DNA of 64,000 nt from positions 864,001 to 928,000 of the forward strand of contig OZ244905.1 of assembly GCA_965221695.1 (NCBI GenBank), written 5' to 3'. This DNA comes from Gammaproteobacteria bacterium. Its GTDB lineage: Bacteria; Pseudomonadota; Gammaproteobacteria; Eutrophobiales; Eutrophobiaceae. Position numbers and translations under genes: made by a program. The notes beneath the pieces were generated by a model. That model saw only the letters and a program-made list of their open reading frames with translations, was not told where the DNA came from and searched no databases. Shown piece after piece: positions 53,016 to 64,000 of this stretch (position 1 is its first letter; the number at the start of each line of letters is the position of its first letter).

Positions 53016-54506
53016 ATGAGTATGAAAACATTATCGTCAAGTCCCAAGCGAACTGACGCGTTATCCGGGCTGGAACAAGCCTCCCGGCAATTGCTCAGCC
53101 CGGGCGGAATCGGCCGCCGGGACATTGAAAAGACCCTGGACCAGATCATCGTCAATGATATCGACTACGCTGACCTGTATTTTGAATATTCCCAAGCCGA
53201 GTCCTGGGTGCTGGAGGAAGGCATTATCCGGGAAGGCTCTCACAGTATCGACCAGGGAGTGGGAGTCAGGGCCGTCAGCGGCGACAAAACCGGTTTTGCC
53301 TATTCCGATGAGATTGTACTGCCGGCGCTGACCGATGCCGCGCACGCGGCGCGGGCTATCGCCCGCAGCGGTGGCGCGCAGACACTGCAAGCCTGGCAAA
53401 ACCGCCATCTGGCGCCGCTCTACGCCGGCGAGAATCCGCTGGATTCGATACCCGCCGAGCAAAAGATTGCGCTGTTGCAACGCATCGATACCGAAACCCG
53501 CAACAAGGACCCAAAGGTCAAACAGGTGATTGCCGGCCTGAGCGCAGCGTATACCGCAATACTGGTTGCCGGCAGTGACGGCGTTTACAACGCTGATATA
53601 AGACCGCTGGTCAGGCTTAATGTCAATGTCATCGTCGAGCAGAACGGCAGGCGGGAAAAAGGCGGCGCCGGTGGCGGCGGGCGCTTTGGCTATGACTACT
53701 TTATGAATGAAGAAATCGTGTCCGGCTATATCGACGATGCGGTGACCCAAGCGCTGAACAACCTGGAAGCCGTGCCGGCGCCGGCCGGCGCGATGACCGT
53801 TGTGCTGGGCCCGGGCTGGCCCGGGATCCTGTTGCACGAAGCCATCGGTCACGGACTGGAGGGCGATTTCAACCGTAAGGGCACCTCCGCATTCAGTAAT
53901 CGTATAGGCCAGCGGGTCGCGGCCGAAAGCGTTACTGTGGTGGATGACGGGACTATCGAGAACCGGCGCGGTTCGCTGACCGTCGACGATGAGGGAACGC
54001 CTACCGAATCCACGACCTTGATTGACCGGGGTATCCTCAAAAACTACATGCAAGACAAGCTCAATGCCGGCTTGATGGGGATGAATCCCACCGGCAACGG
54101 GCGCCGGGAATCCTATGCGCACCTGCCGATGCCGAGAATGACGAATACTTATATGCTGGGAGGTGAGCATGACCCCGAAGAAATAATCGGCTCGGTGCAA
54201 AAAGGAGTATATGCTTCCCAGTTCGGCGGCGGGCAGGTGGATATCACCAACGGTAAATTCGTATTCAGCGCCAGCCAGGCCTGGCTCATCGAAAACGGCC
54301 GTCTGACCGCGCCCATCAAGGGCGCGACCCTGATCGGCAACGGACCGGATGTGCTGACCCGCGTGTCCATGGCCGGTAATGACATGCAACTCGATAGTGG
54401 CATCGGGGTATGCGGAAAGGATGGCCAGTCAGTCCCCGTCGGGGTGGGGCAACCGACCATCAGGATCGACGAATTGACCGTCGGCGGGACATCCAGACCG
54501 GATTAA
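53016..54506 (+). CDS. tldD: Metalloprotease TldD
   Basis: HEAIGHGLEGDFNRKG, PMPRMTNTYM, CGKDGQSVPVGVGQP. Confidence 0.96.
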   Translation: MSMKTLSSSPKRTDALSGLEQASRQLLSPGGIGRRDIEKTLDQIIVNDIDYADLYFEYSQAESWVLEEGIIREGSHSIDQGVGVRAVSGDKTGFAYSDEIVLPALTDAAHAARAIARSGGAQTLQAWQNRHLAPLYAGENPLDSIPAEQKIALLQRIDTETRNKDPKVKQVIAGLSAAYTAILVAGSDGVYNADIRPLVRLNVNVIVEQNGRREKGGAGGGGRFGYDYFMNEEIVSGYIDDAVTQALNNLEAVPAPAGAMTVVLGPGWPGILLHEAIGHGLEGDFNRKGTSAFSNRIGQRVAAESVTVVDDGTIENRRGSLTVDDEGTPTESTTLIDRGILKNYMQDKLNAGLMGMNPTGNGRRESYAHLPMPRMTNTYMLGGEHDPEEIIGSVQKGVYASQFGGGQVDITNGKFVFSASQAWLIENGRLTAPIKGATLIGNGPDVLTRVSMAGNDMQLDSGIGVCGKDGQSVPVGVGQPTIRIDELTVGGTSRPD

Positions 54507-54537
54507 TTTACATGGATGAACACAATCCCGGACATCC

Positions 54538-56253
54538 ATGTTAAATGACCTGTTCAGGATAAGGGGGTTCCTTCCCTATGTGTCCATGCTGTTCCTGAAC
54601 GCGTTTGTCGACCTGGGACACAAAATCACGATACAGAATACCGTTTTCAAGACCTACGAGGGCGATGCCCTGATTATTTTGACGGCTATCGTCAACGCGC
54701 TGATCCTGCTGCCGTTCATCCTGCTGTTTACCCCCGCCGGTTTCATAGCCGACAAGTTTCCGAAAAATCGGGTTATGCGCACCACCGCCTGGGGCGTAGT
54801 CGCGCTGACCAGCTTGATCACCTTGTTCTACTACCTGGAATGGTTCTGGGCGGCCTTCGCGATGACGTTCCTGCTGGCGGTGCAAAGCGCGTTTTATGGG
54901 CCCGCGAAGTACGGTTATATCAGGGAAATTGCCGGCAAGCAACGGCTGGCGCGCGCCAACGGCGTGGTGCAGGCCACTACGACCACCGCGATCCTTACCG
55001 GAACATTCATATTTTCAATCACCTTCGAGATGTTCCTGGCCGATTTGGCATTTTCGACCAAGGAGGATGTGCTAGGCGCGATCAAACTTACCGGCTGGTT
55101 CCTGATTGCAGGCGCGCTGGTGGAATTGTTGCTGTCCTACCGCTTGCCTACCGTCCACGAACCGGATCAAGACCTGCGTTTCGACTGGGCAAAATATCGT
55201 AGCGGCCGTTACCTGGCCGAAAACCTGAACGCGGTCAGGTCCCGGGAAGTGATCCTGTTGTCTATCATCGGCCTGGCGATCATCTGGGCAATCGGCCAGG
55301 TGTTACTGGCGGCATTCCCCGCGTTCGCGAAGGACAACCTGGGGGTGTACGACACCCGGATCATCCAGGGCACACTTGCGTGTGCCGGTATCGGGATCAT
55401 GCTGGGCTCGCTTATCGCCGGCAGGATCTCAAAAAACTATATCGAGACCGGCTTGATCCCGGTCGGCGCGCTGGGGGTGGCCGCCTGCTTGTTCATCCTG
55501 CCAGGGCTAGGTAGCGTGCCGGCCCATGCTCTTAACATCCTGTTGCTGGGCATGCTCAGCGGCCTGTTCATCATCCCTCTCAACGCGCTGCTCCAGTTCC
55601 ACGCGGGCGAACGTATGCTGGGCAGGGTACTGGCGGGCAACAGCCTTATCCAGAACGTAGTAATGCTGAGCTTTCTGGCGCTGACGGCGCTGTTTTCCAT
55701 GAGAGGCATCAGCAACCTGTTGTTTCCGTTATTGACGCTGGTGGCGCTGGGCGGGGCAATATATACAGTGTATAAACTGCCGCAATCGCTGGCGCGGTTT
55801 ATCGTCACCCTGGCCATCGGCTACCGTTACCGGCTGGAGGTCGGGGGATTCGGCAATTTTCCCGATAGCGGTGGAGTCCTGTTGCTGGGCAAACACACCA
55901 GCCAGGGCGACTGGACCTTCATCCAGATGGCATCGCCGCGCCAGGTGCGCTTTGTGATGGATGAGAACATCCACAGCAAGTGGTATACGAGGAAGTTCTT
56001 TGAATTCTTCCGCGCCTTGTCCGGCGCCCCGGATCAATCCACGCGCAAGACCATCATCGAGCTGCTTGATGCCGGCGAAGTCGTATGTCCATGGTCTGCG
56101 GCAACCGCGGATGATACTGCGTGGCTGGAGTCCTTGCGCAATAGCAGAGACAAGCCGGATAAATGGGTAACATTGCCGTTTACCATGAGCGGTTCACCGG
56201 GCGGCAAGGCATCGTCGAACGGGGTAAGCATCGCATTCGGTGAACCCATTTGA
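54538..56253 (+). CDS. MFS (LplT-like) + PlsC-type acyltransferase fusion; Aas-like protein lacking an acyl-ACP synthetase domain
   Basis: FLNAFVD, ADKFPK, FYGPAKYG; C-terminal KHTSQGD (HX4D) then divergent tail. Confidence 0.75.
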   Translation: MLNDLFRIRGFLPYVSMLFLNAFVDLGHKITIQNTVFKTYEGDALIILTAIVNALILLPFILLFTPAGFIADKFPKNRVMRTTAWGVVALTSLITLFYYLEWFWAAFAMTFLLAVQSAFYGPAKYGYIREIAGKQRLARANGVVQATTTTAILTGTFIFSITFEMFLADLAFSTKEDVLGAIKLTGWFLIAGALVELLLSYRLPTVHEPDQDLRFDWAKYRSGRYLAENLNAVRSREVILLSIIGLAIIWAIGQVLLAAFPAFAKDNLGVYDTRIIQGTLACAGIGIMLGSLIAGRISKNYIETGLIPVGALGVAACLFILPGLGSVPAHALNILLLGMLSGLFIIPLNALLQFHAGERMLGRVLAGNSLIQNVVMLSFLALTALFSMRGISNLLFPLLTLVALGGAIYTVYKLPQSLARFIVTLAIGYRYRLEVGGFGNFPDSGGVLLLGKHTSQGDWTFIQMASPRQVRFVMDENIHSKWYTRKFFEFFRALSGAPDQSTRKTIIELLDAGEVVCPWSAATADDTAWLESLRNSRDKPDKWVTLPFTMSGSPGGKASSNGVSIAFGEPI

Positions 56254-56260
56254 CAATTAA

Positions 56261-56411
56261 GGAAACTCTGATTTAGTCAGAGGTTCCTACGATACAAGGA
56301 TGTATTGTCAATATCAATGACTGTAAGGCATTGATATTGTGAGGAAAACAAAAATCGCATTTTTGTTTTCCGTACTCTGACAAGTCCAGGATGGACTTGT
56401 TCAGAGTTTCC
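56261..56411. mobile_element. 151-bp IS5-type MITE, copy 2
   Basis: TTAA|GGAAACTCTGA...TCAGAGTTTCC|TTAA. Confidence 0.85.
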
Positions 56412-57473
56412 TTAACATGGGTTTTGCGCCCGCTGTCGCAATGCGTGATCCATCAGTACCAGCGCCAGCATTGCTTCGGCGATGGGCGTGGCGCGGATGC
56501 CGACACAGGGATCGTGGCGGCCGGTCGTGGCGATCTCCGTTTCATTGCCGTGAATATCCACGGTTTTTCCGGGAATACGAATGCTGGATGTCGGTTTGAG
56601 CGCAATGGCGGCCAGGATATCCTGACCGCTGGAGATGCCGCCGAGGGTGCCGCCGGCGTGGTTGGACAAGAATCCGCCGGTAGTGATCTCATCCCGATGT
56701 TGCGTGCCGCGTTGCTCAACCACCTTGAAGCCATCGCCGATTTCCACGCCCTTGACAGCATTGATGCTCATCAGGGCCTTGGCGATATCGGCATCGAGGC
56801 GGTCAAATATCGGTTCTCCCAATCCCACCGGCACATCAGTTGCAACCAGGTTTATCCGGGCGCCGATGGAATCGCCTGATTTGCGCAGCTCATCCATCAG
56901 TTTTTCCAGGACTTCGACCTTGCCTGCGTCCGGGCAGAAAAATGGGTTGTTATCAACCTCGTTCCAGTCGCGTAATTCCAAGTTGACAGGGCCCAGTTGC
57001 GCGAGGTAACCGCGCACCAGGCAGCTAAACTGCTCGCGCAGGTATTTCCTGGCAATCGCGCCGGCTGCCACGCGCATACAGGTCTCCCGGGCGGACGCAC
57101 GGCCACCGCCGCGGTAATCCCGGATCCCGTATTTTTTCCAGTAGGTGTAATCGGCATGACCGGGCCTGAATTTATCCTTGATCGCGGAATAATCCTTCGA
57201 GCGCTGGTCTTCGTTCTCGATCAGCAGACCTATCGGCGTACCCGTTGTTCTGCCTTCGAACACACCGGACAGTATCTGCACCTTGTCGGACTCCCGACGC
57301 TGGGTAACATGGCGGGATTTACCAGGCTTGCGCCGGTCCAGGTCATGTTGCAGGTCCGCCTCACACAGTTCCATACCAGGCGGACAACCGTCAACAATGC
57401 ACAGGTAGCCATAGCCGTGACTCTCGCCACAACTGGTTACCGTGAATAATTTTCCGATAGTGTTACCTGACAT
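56412..57473 (-). CDS. aroC: Chorismate synthase
   Basis: [26 protein letters not shown]. Confidence 0.97.
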   Translation of the reverse strand: MSGNTIGKLFTVTSCGESHGYGYLCIVDGCPPGMELCEADLQHDLDRRKPGKSRHVTQRRESDKVQILSGVFEGRTTGTPIGLLIENEDQRSKDYSAIKDKFRPGHADYTYWKKYGIRDYRGGGRASARETCMRVAAGAIARKYLREQFSCLVRGYLAQLGPVNLELRDWNEVDNNPFFCPDAGKVEVLEKLMDELRKSGDSIGARINLVATDVPVGLGEPIFDRLDADIAKALMSINAVKGVEIGDGFKVVEQRGTQHRDEITTGGFLSNHAGGTLGGISSGQDILAAIALKPTSSIRIPGKTVDIHGNETEIATTGRHDPCVGIRATPIAEAMLALVLMDHALRQRAQNPC

Positions 57474-57478
57474 AGAGG

Positions 57479-57877
57479 TCAACTCACAGTATCGACCAAC
57501 GCTGCGTCGATGATCCTGCGATCCTGTGTCAGGAGCGTAACACCAAGAACCCGGGCAGTAGCAACCAAAATCCGATCTGCAGGATCTCTATGAAATGAAG
57601 CCGGCAACGCTGCCACTTCCGCGGCGATGGCAGGAGAGATGCCATAGCGTTGCACCAACGGCGGCGCCGCAGCTTTGTCCAGCCACTCACGTAACGGGAT
57701 ATGCAGGTTGATACGCCCCCGACCATGTAACATGGCCACTTCCCACAGTGATATGTCGGATACCAGCAACGGTGAATCGGCATCAGCCGCCTGGATAAGA
57801 TTACGCTGATTTTGGGAAAGGCTTTCATGCTTATTAAGCCACCAAAGGAGCACATGTGTATCAAGCAACAAACTCAT
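57479..57877 (-). CDS. PIN-domain toxin (VapC)
   Basis: [27 protein letters not shown]. Confidence 0.92.
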   Translation of the reverse strand: MSLLLDTHVLLWWLNKHESLSQNQRNLIQAADADSPLLVSDISLWEVAMLHGRGRINLHIPLREWLDKAAAPPLVQRYGISPAIAAEVAALPASFHRDPADRILVATARVLGVTLLTQDRRIIDAALVDTVS

Positions 57878-58113
57878 TAACGGAGACAGTCCCAATCTTC
57901 CTCTGGAACTACCGGTTCAATAATATCTCCAACGATAGAGACCGTGCCTTCCAACTCCATTTGAGGATATCGGGCTTGAGAACGCCGCGCGGGCAACAGC
58001 TCGGCAACCGGGCGTCCGCGCTTCAGGATAAGCACAGGCTCACCTGTTGATTGTACGCGGTCTAGAATTGCCAGGCACTGGGCCTTGAAGACAGATGCAT
58101 TGATTGTTTCCAT
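57877..58113 (-). CDS. Phd/YefM-type antitoxin
   Basis: INASVFKAQCLAILDRV..TGEPVLILKRGRPVAEL; TAATG coupling to the toxin. Confidence 0.9.
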   Translation of the reverse strand: METINASVFKAQCLAILDRVQSTGEPVLILKRGRPVAELLPARRSQARYPQMELEGTVSIVGDIIEPVVPEEDWDCLR

Positions 58114-58127
58114 ATGACTAGTATAAC

Positions 58128-58148
58128 TGACCAGTCATTTACTGGTCA
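58128..58148. promoter_or_regulatory. Putative TA autoregulatory operator
   Basis: TGACCAGT-N5-ACTGGTCA palindrome upstream of the antitoxin, plus a related TGACTAGT half-site. Confidence 0.65.
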
Positions 58149-58200
58149 ATAGTTGTTATTATCACAACACTGCGGTAACACAACGAGCCAAAACTTCGGA

Positions 58201-58740
58201 TTAGTCCAGAACCTGGATAAAACCCTCCCGGTTCGGCATCTTCACCTCGGCGAGGGTGGCGGCATTCATCTCCTTGTCCGCGGGAATGATCTCATTTAGA
58301 TAAAGCAGGTAGGCCGTGAGTGCGTACACTTCGGAAGCAGTCAGGCTGCCTGGTTGGGTCATGGGCTTTGAACGCCGGATGAAGTCAAACAGCGTGGGCG
58401 CGTAAGGCCAGAACGTGCCGATGGTTTTTTCCGGCCATTCATCGGTCAGTCCCATTTGCGCGCCGGCCAGTTGGTCGCCGCTGTCGCCAAGGCCGCCGGG
58501 GCCGTGGCAGGATATGCACAGCCTGTCGTAGAGCGCCCTGCCCTGCTCTGCCGTGCCGCCGCCCTGCGGCAGACCGGCGCCATCCGGCATGACGCCCCAG
58601 TCCAGGCCGCTGACGGCGTGGTTGCCGGCTGGCTCGCCCAGGTCGGGGCCCGGACGAACCTCGTCTGCGCCGGGATTAATCCCAGCCAGCGTCAATACTG
58701 ATATCAGTATCAGGCTGCTTTTCTTCGGTATCATAAACAT
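58201..58740 (-). CDS. Monoheme cytochrome c, SoxD/SorB-like
   Basis: PDG.GLP.G.GT, CISCHG, KTIGTFWPYAPTLFDFIRR, MPNREGF. Confidence 0.88.
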   Translation of the reverse strand: MFMIPKKSSLILISVLTLAGINPGADEVRPGPDLGEPAGNHAVSGLDWGVMPDGAGLPQGGGTAEQGRALYDRLCISCHGPGGLGDSGDQLAGAQMGLTDEWPEKTIGTFWPYAPTLFDFIRRSKPMTQPGSLTASEVYALTAYLLYLNEIIPADKEMNAATLAEVKMPNREGFIQVLD

Positions 58741-60010
58741 GGGTCACGCTTCCGTATTCATCCACGCTCCAGCTGACAATAGCGTTGTAATGGTAAAAAC
58801 CGTGCCGGCCGCGTGCGGCAACGAGTTGTTCCCGCTCCGGTTGCACATATCCGGTCTCGTCAACAGCCCTGCTTTTCAGGACGGCCGGCGTCCCGTCCCA
58901 TTGCCAGGGTATGCGGAACCGGGTAAATGCCTTTGGCAGTACCGGTTCCTCCAATGCCGCCGGCGCCCAGGTCTTGCCGCCGTCAGCGGATACATCCACT
59001 TGCTTTATGCGCCCGCGGCCACTCCAGGCCAGGCCGGTAACCTGGTACAAGCCCGGCCCCTGCTTCAAGACCATGCCGCCGGACGGAGACGTGATCAGCG
59101 ATTTAGCCTCCATCGTGAACGTGAACATACGCGCGTTGCCGGACGGCAGCAGTTCCGTATATCTCGCAGTCTCGTTCCTGGCCAAGATGGGTTGCTCCGT
59201 GGCTTTTAACGACCGCAACCATTTGACGTTCAATACGCCTTCCCAGCCTGGCAGGATCAGGCGTAACGGATAGCCGTTCTCCGGTCTCAGGCGCTCGCCG
59301 TTCTGGTACAAGGCCAGGATCGCGTCGTCCATCGCCTTTTCAATCGGGATGCTGATATTCATCGCAAACGCATCGGCGCCGTCGGCAATCAGCCATTTGG
59401 CCTTTTTATCGATGCCCACCTCCGCCAGTACGGTCGGCAGGGGCACACCGGTCCATTCGCTGCAGGAAACCAGGCCGTGAAAATACCCGGCCTCCGCGCG
59501 CGAGGGGGTATCGTTCCAGCCGGCGTTACTGTTGCCGCCGCACTCGACAAAACAGATCTGTGAGCGCATCGGGTAACGCAGCAAATTATCGATACTGAAA
59601 AATGCCGGTTGCCGCACCAGGCCGTGCAGCAGCAACCGGTGTTCGTCGGGATTGATTTGCGGCACACCGTTGTGGTGCCGCTCGTAATGCAGGCCGTTGG
59701 GCGTGATCATACCTTCCAGCCGGTGCAGCGGCGACCAGGAAGCGCCATTGTTGCGCAATACCCGGTTGGGAGCGGGATAACGAACCACCTCGTCTTCATA
59801 TTCCGCCGGTTGTCCATAGGGCGTAAACGGCTTGCCCGGGACGTTCATCCACTCGGGCCTGGCAGACAGTTCCGGCGTAGCGGCATGGGCCTTGCCAGCA
59901 AGCAGTTGGGCGGCTCCCATTACCAGTCCGCCTTGCAGGAACAGGCGCCGGTCCAGCAGACCATTACCGGCAACAGGCGTCAGGCGCCGAGATTTATTAT
60001 TATTGCTCAT
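58676..60010 (-). CDS. soxC: Sulfite-oxidase-family molybdoenzyme, SoxC/SorA-like
   Basis: Tat motif DRRLFL; ITPNGLHYERHH; ECGGN; NGERLRPENGYPLRL; GLAWSGRG. Confidence 0.88.
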   Translation of the reverse strand: MSNNNKSRRLTPVAGNGLLDRRLFLQGGLVMGAAQLLAGKAHAATPELSARPEWMNVPGKPFTPYGQPAEYEDEVVRYPAPNRVLRNNGASWSPLHRLEGMITPNGLHYERHHNGVPQINPDEHRLLLHGLVRQPAFFSIDNLLRYPMRSQICFVECGGNSNAGWNDTPSRAEAGYFHGLVSCSEWTGVPLPTVLAEVGIDKKAKWLIADGADAFAMNISIPIEKAMDDAILALYQNGERLRPENGYPLRLILPGWEGVLNVKWLRSLKATEQPILARNETARYTELLPSGNARMFTFTMEAKSLITSPSGGMVLKQGPGLYQVTGLAWSGRGRIKQVDVSADGGKTWAPAALEEPVLPKAFTRFRIPWQWDGTPAVLKSRAVDETGYVQPEREQLVAARGRHGFYHYNAIVSWSVDEYGSVTHVYDTEEKQPDTDISIDAGWD

Positions 60011-60050
60011 TGTTTGCTGTTTAGGTTGTACTGTCTGACCTGCGTCCTGT

Positions 60051-60103
60051 CCATTTCCGTGAAAACGGGAATCCAGTGGGCAAAGGGTCGCCCTGCGGGC
60101 GAC
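60051..60103. repeat. Family 1 REP-like repeat (partial)
   Basis: CCATTTCCGTGAAAACGGGAATCCAG + GTCGCCCTGCGGGCGAC. Confidence 0.8.
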
Positions 60104-60107
60104 ATTA

Positions 60108-60992
60108 TTATTTTTTATCCTGAATATCCTGTACATCCCTGTTAAATAGAATGAAAACACCTTCCCCGCCCTGCTCAAAGTCAAGCCAGATAAAAGGCGT
60201 GCGGGGGTATTTCGCCTCCAGCGCTTCGCGGCCCTCGCCTACTTCCACTACTAAGACGCCATCCATCGCCAGGTGCTGGCCGGCCTCTGCCAAGATGCGA
60301 TCAACCACGTCCATCCCGTTGGCTCCGGCCGCCAGGGCAAGAGACGGCTCATGCCGATATTCAGCCGGCAACGCCGACATTTCCTTATCGGGGACGTAAG
60401 GCGGATTACTAATAATAATATCATACTCCCTGTCCCCTAATGCGCTGAACAGGTCCGACTCGACCAGATTGACCCGCTGCGCCAAGCCGTGTCTTTCTTT
60501 GTTGATGCGGGCCACTTGCAACGCGCCGGGACAGATATCCGTGGCGTCAATGGTTGCATCGGGAAAGGCAACAGCGCAGGCAACAGCGATACAACCGCTG
60601 CCTGTGCATAAATCCAGGATATGCGTGCCCTGCTTGGGCTTAATCCAGGGTGAGAACCGGTCATGGATCAGTTCGGCAATGGGCGAACGAGGTATCAGGA
60701 CACGCTCGTCCACATAAAACCGCAGATCGGCGAACCAGGCCTGTTTGAGCAGATAGGCGACAGGTATTCTAGTCGTTATTCGAGCATCGACCAGCGTCCT
60801 GATATGCTCATGTTCAGTCGCGGTTAGTGTCCTGTTCAACTGCGCCGCGCTGGCGTCAAACGGCAGTTCCAGCGCGCCCAATACCAGGTAGGCGGCCTCA
60901 TCCAGGGCATTATCGGCGCCGTGGCCGAAAAACAGATCAGCCGCAGTAAACCGTTGTACGGCCCAGTCAATGAGTTGACGGGGAGTTGTCAT
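60108..60992 (-). CDS. prmB: 50S ribosomal protein L3 glutamine methyltransferase
   Basis: FGHG.DNA.DEA, FYVDERVLIPRSPIAELI, LDLCTGSGCIA, NPPY. Confidence 0.95.
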   Translation of the reverse strand: MTTPRQLIDWAVQRFTAADLFFGHGADNALDEAAYLVLGALELPFDASAAQLNRTLTATEHEHIRTLVDARITTRIPVAYLLKQAWFADLRFYVDERVLIPRSPIAELIHDRFSPWIKPKQGTHILDLCTGSGCIAVACAVAFPDATIDATDICPGALQVARINKERHGLAQRVNLVESDLFSALGDREYDIIISNPPYVPDKEMSALPAEYRHEPSLALAAGANGMDVVDRILAEAGQHLAMDGVLVVEVGEGREALEAKYPRTPFIWLDFEQGGEGVFILFNRDVQDIQDKK

Positions 60993-61245
60993 ATATGGCG
61001 CACGCGAACCTCTATAAAAGAAGCTGCTTATCTTACAATGGCGGAATCATAATAAAAACCGTCCGGGAAAATCAGGCGCCACACCCGACATCCCGGACGA
61101 TATATTTATGGAGAGTCCTGCAAACGCAGAACACTCCGCCTGGCAGCACATTGCGCGCTGTTCAATCCATAATGTCGAATTTATTCGCGTAACAAACTCC
61201 ACCTCATGGATAGGCGTGGACCAGTTTACCGGGATTATTTTCAAA

Positions 61246-61269
61246 AAAATGTGAGAAAACTCACATTTT
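61246..61269. promoter_or_regulatory. CRP-family binding site
   Basis: AAAATGTGA-N6-TCACATTTT palindrome in the prmB/aceA divergent region. Confidence 0.7.
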
Positions 61270-61467
61270 GTGCAAAATAATTAGAAAAATTTTGACTTTT
61301 TCGGTTGAAATCCCGGTTTTATTCGGAGCAGTTCCTTTTCGGATCAACGCATGTGACGGATCATCATCAAAACGCAATGCCATTGGCTGGCCCTTCTCCG
61401 AAGATATTTGCGCGCAAGGTAACCACAATGTAAAATAACGCTTTTATCTTTGGCTAAGGAGCATTAC

Positions 61468-62757
<1,290 letters not shown>

Positions 62758-62782
62758 GCAAACAAATCATCTCAGCGCCAGC

Positions 62783-62808
62783 ACAGGGGCGCTTCTGCGC
62801 GCCCCTGT
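62783..62808. other. Stem-loop after aceA
   Basis: ACAGGGGCGC..GCGCCCCTGT; no T-run. Confidence 0.5.
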
Positions 62809-62826
62809 ACGGTTCCACAGAGACTG

Positions 62827-63468
62827 ATGGGTTTCAGCGCGTGGTTTCAGCAGCGCCTGCAATCGCTCAGGCAGCGTAAGCCGCAGACTTTTCCCGACAG
62901 CCTGTTGCCGGATAAATTCTCCCGAGCAGCGGTGCTGATACTGTTCTGGCCAGCCCCCGATGATGCTGTCCAGCTCGTTTTTACCCGGCGCACCGAGACC
63001 GTTTCCAGCCATCGCGGCCAGGTATCCTTTCCCGGCGGCGTATTCCATGAGGGTGATGAGACCATGGCTGCCACGGCGCTGCGCGAGACCCGGGAGGAAC
63101 TCGGCATTGACCCCGGCGCCGTCACCCTGATGGGTCGCCTGGATGATGCCTGGAGTATCGCCGGCCACCATGTAATCCCTTACGTGGGCTGGACTGAGCA
63201 GGCGCCTGTCATTACCCCGAACGCCGGCGAAGTGGCACAGGTGATTACGGTGGATGTCCGGGTATTATTACGCCCCGAAGTGAATACCACGCACAATGTC
63301 GAATTCCGCGGAAAAACGCACCTAACCCATGCTTTTGACTGGGACGGCGGGTATGTCTGGGGCCTGACCGCCGATATGTTGCGGGAATTTCTCAACTGGT
63401 TGAACGACGAACCCTGCGACCGTTTTGCCCGGCGTTTGCAGCGAATGGATGAACTTACTGGACTTTAG
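62827..63468 (+). CDS. CoA pyrophosphatase (NudL-like NUDIX hydrolase)
   Basis: AAVLI, SHRGQVSFPGG, TALRETREELG, WGLTA. Confidence 0.9.
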   Translation: MGFSAWFQQRLQSLRQRKPQTFPDSLLPDKFSRAAVLILFWPAPDDAVQLVFTRRTETVSSHRGQVSFPGGVFHEGDETMAATALRETREELGIDPGAVTLMGRLDDAWSIAGHHVIPYVGWTEQAPVITPNAGEVAQVITVDVRVLLRPEVNTTHNVEFRGKTHLTHAFDWDGGYVWGLTADMLREFLNWLNDEPCDRFARRLQRMDELTGL

Positions 63469-63584
63469 CCCGGATACAGCGACAGGTCGACCGGTGTCCC
63501 CGGGGAGCGCTCGGCGGGTTAATTTCCATCCACGAGTCAGGAGGTTGTGAAGGAAGCTCTGTGTTAATCTGAGAAGTTTCTTAA

Positions 63585-63735
63585 GGAACCTCTGATTAAG
63601 TCAGAGGTTCCTACGATACAAGGATGTATCGTCAAAATCAATGACTGTAAGGCATTGATTTTGTGAGGAAAACAAAAATCGCATTTTTGCTTTCCGTACT
63701 CTGACAAGTCCAGGATGGACTTGTTCAGAGTTTCC
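63585..63735. mobile_element. 151-bp IS5-type MITE, copy 3 (with a collapsed remnant at ~63550-63584)
   Basis: TTAA|GGAACCTCTGA...TCAGAGTTTCC|TTAA; nearly identical to copy 2. Confidence 0.85.
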
Positions 63736-64000
63736 TTAACATCAACCGAGTCAGTATTGATTCGTACAGGCGCGTCAGTATTTCCAGGTCGGCACAGCGT
63801 ACGCATTCATTGACCTTGTGGATTGTGGCATTTACCGGCCCCAGCTCCACCACCTCGGCGCCGGTGGGAGCGATGAAACGCCCGTCGGAAGTGCCACCAT
63901 CCGTGGCGACCTGCGGTGTGATGTCACAGACATCTATTAGCGCGCCCCGGACCGCGTCCAGCAGTTTCCCTGATTGTGTCAGGAATGGCTGGCTGCAAGG
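63725..64000 (-). CDS. dapE: Succinyl-diaminopimelate desuccinylase, 3' end only
   Basis: Manual translation: [32 protein letters not shown]...RLMLRKL*. Confidence 0.9.
   Translation of the reverse strand, partial: PCSQPFLTQSGKLLDAVRGALIDVCDITPQVATDGGTSDGRFIAPTGAEVVELGPVNATIHKVNECVRCADLEILTRLYESILTRLMLRKL

Noticed and set aside
53016-54506. TldD as part of the MNIO RiPP cluster
   Set aside because: 9 kb away in its usual nit-tldD context, and the precursor has a Sec-type signal peptide

Overview
Chromosomal window from a GC-rich Gammaproteobacterium (taxon inferred from gene content and order). The left ~35 kb is an aromatic-catabolism region. It holds a split phenylacetate (paa) cluster (paaABCDE-paaX, then paaK/paaZ-paaI). 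Between and beside the two halves lie a stand-alone catabolic-type reductive dehalogenase, an ActP transporter, a nitrilase-like operon, an amidase, a TRAP transporter, an HDAC-like deacetylase, a minimal TTQ amine dehydrogenase locus and an orphan Rieske oxygenase. A decayed IS1380/Fic patch sits at about 16-19 kb. The right half is mostly housekeeping (aceEF, argG, lysS, prfB with its +1 frameshift, recJ, thrC, hom, tldD, aroC, prmB, aceA, dapE). It is interrupted by an MNIO (DUF692) RiPP cluster whose precursor has eight EGKCG repeats, two VapBC-type TA pairs and a SoxCD-like pair. At least four families of small intergenic repeats are present, and some supply stop codons or C-termini to host genes. 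A TetR locus has three matching operators and a candidate 25-aa peptide not in the ORF track. No rRNA, tRNA or CRISPR array was recognised. All calls come from motif recognition by eye; no database search was run.
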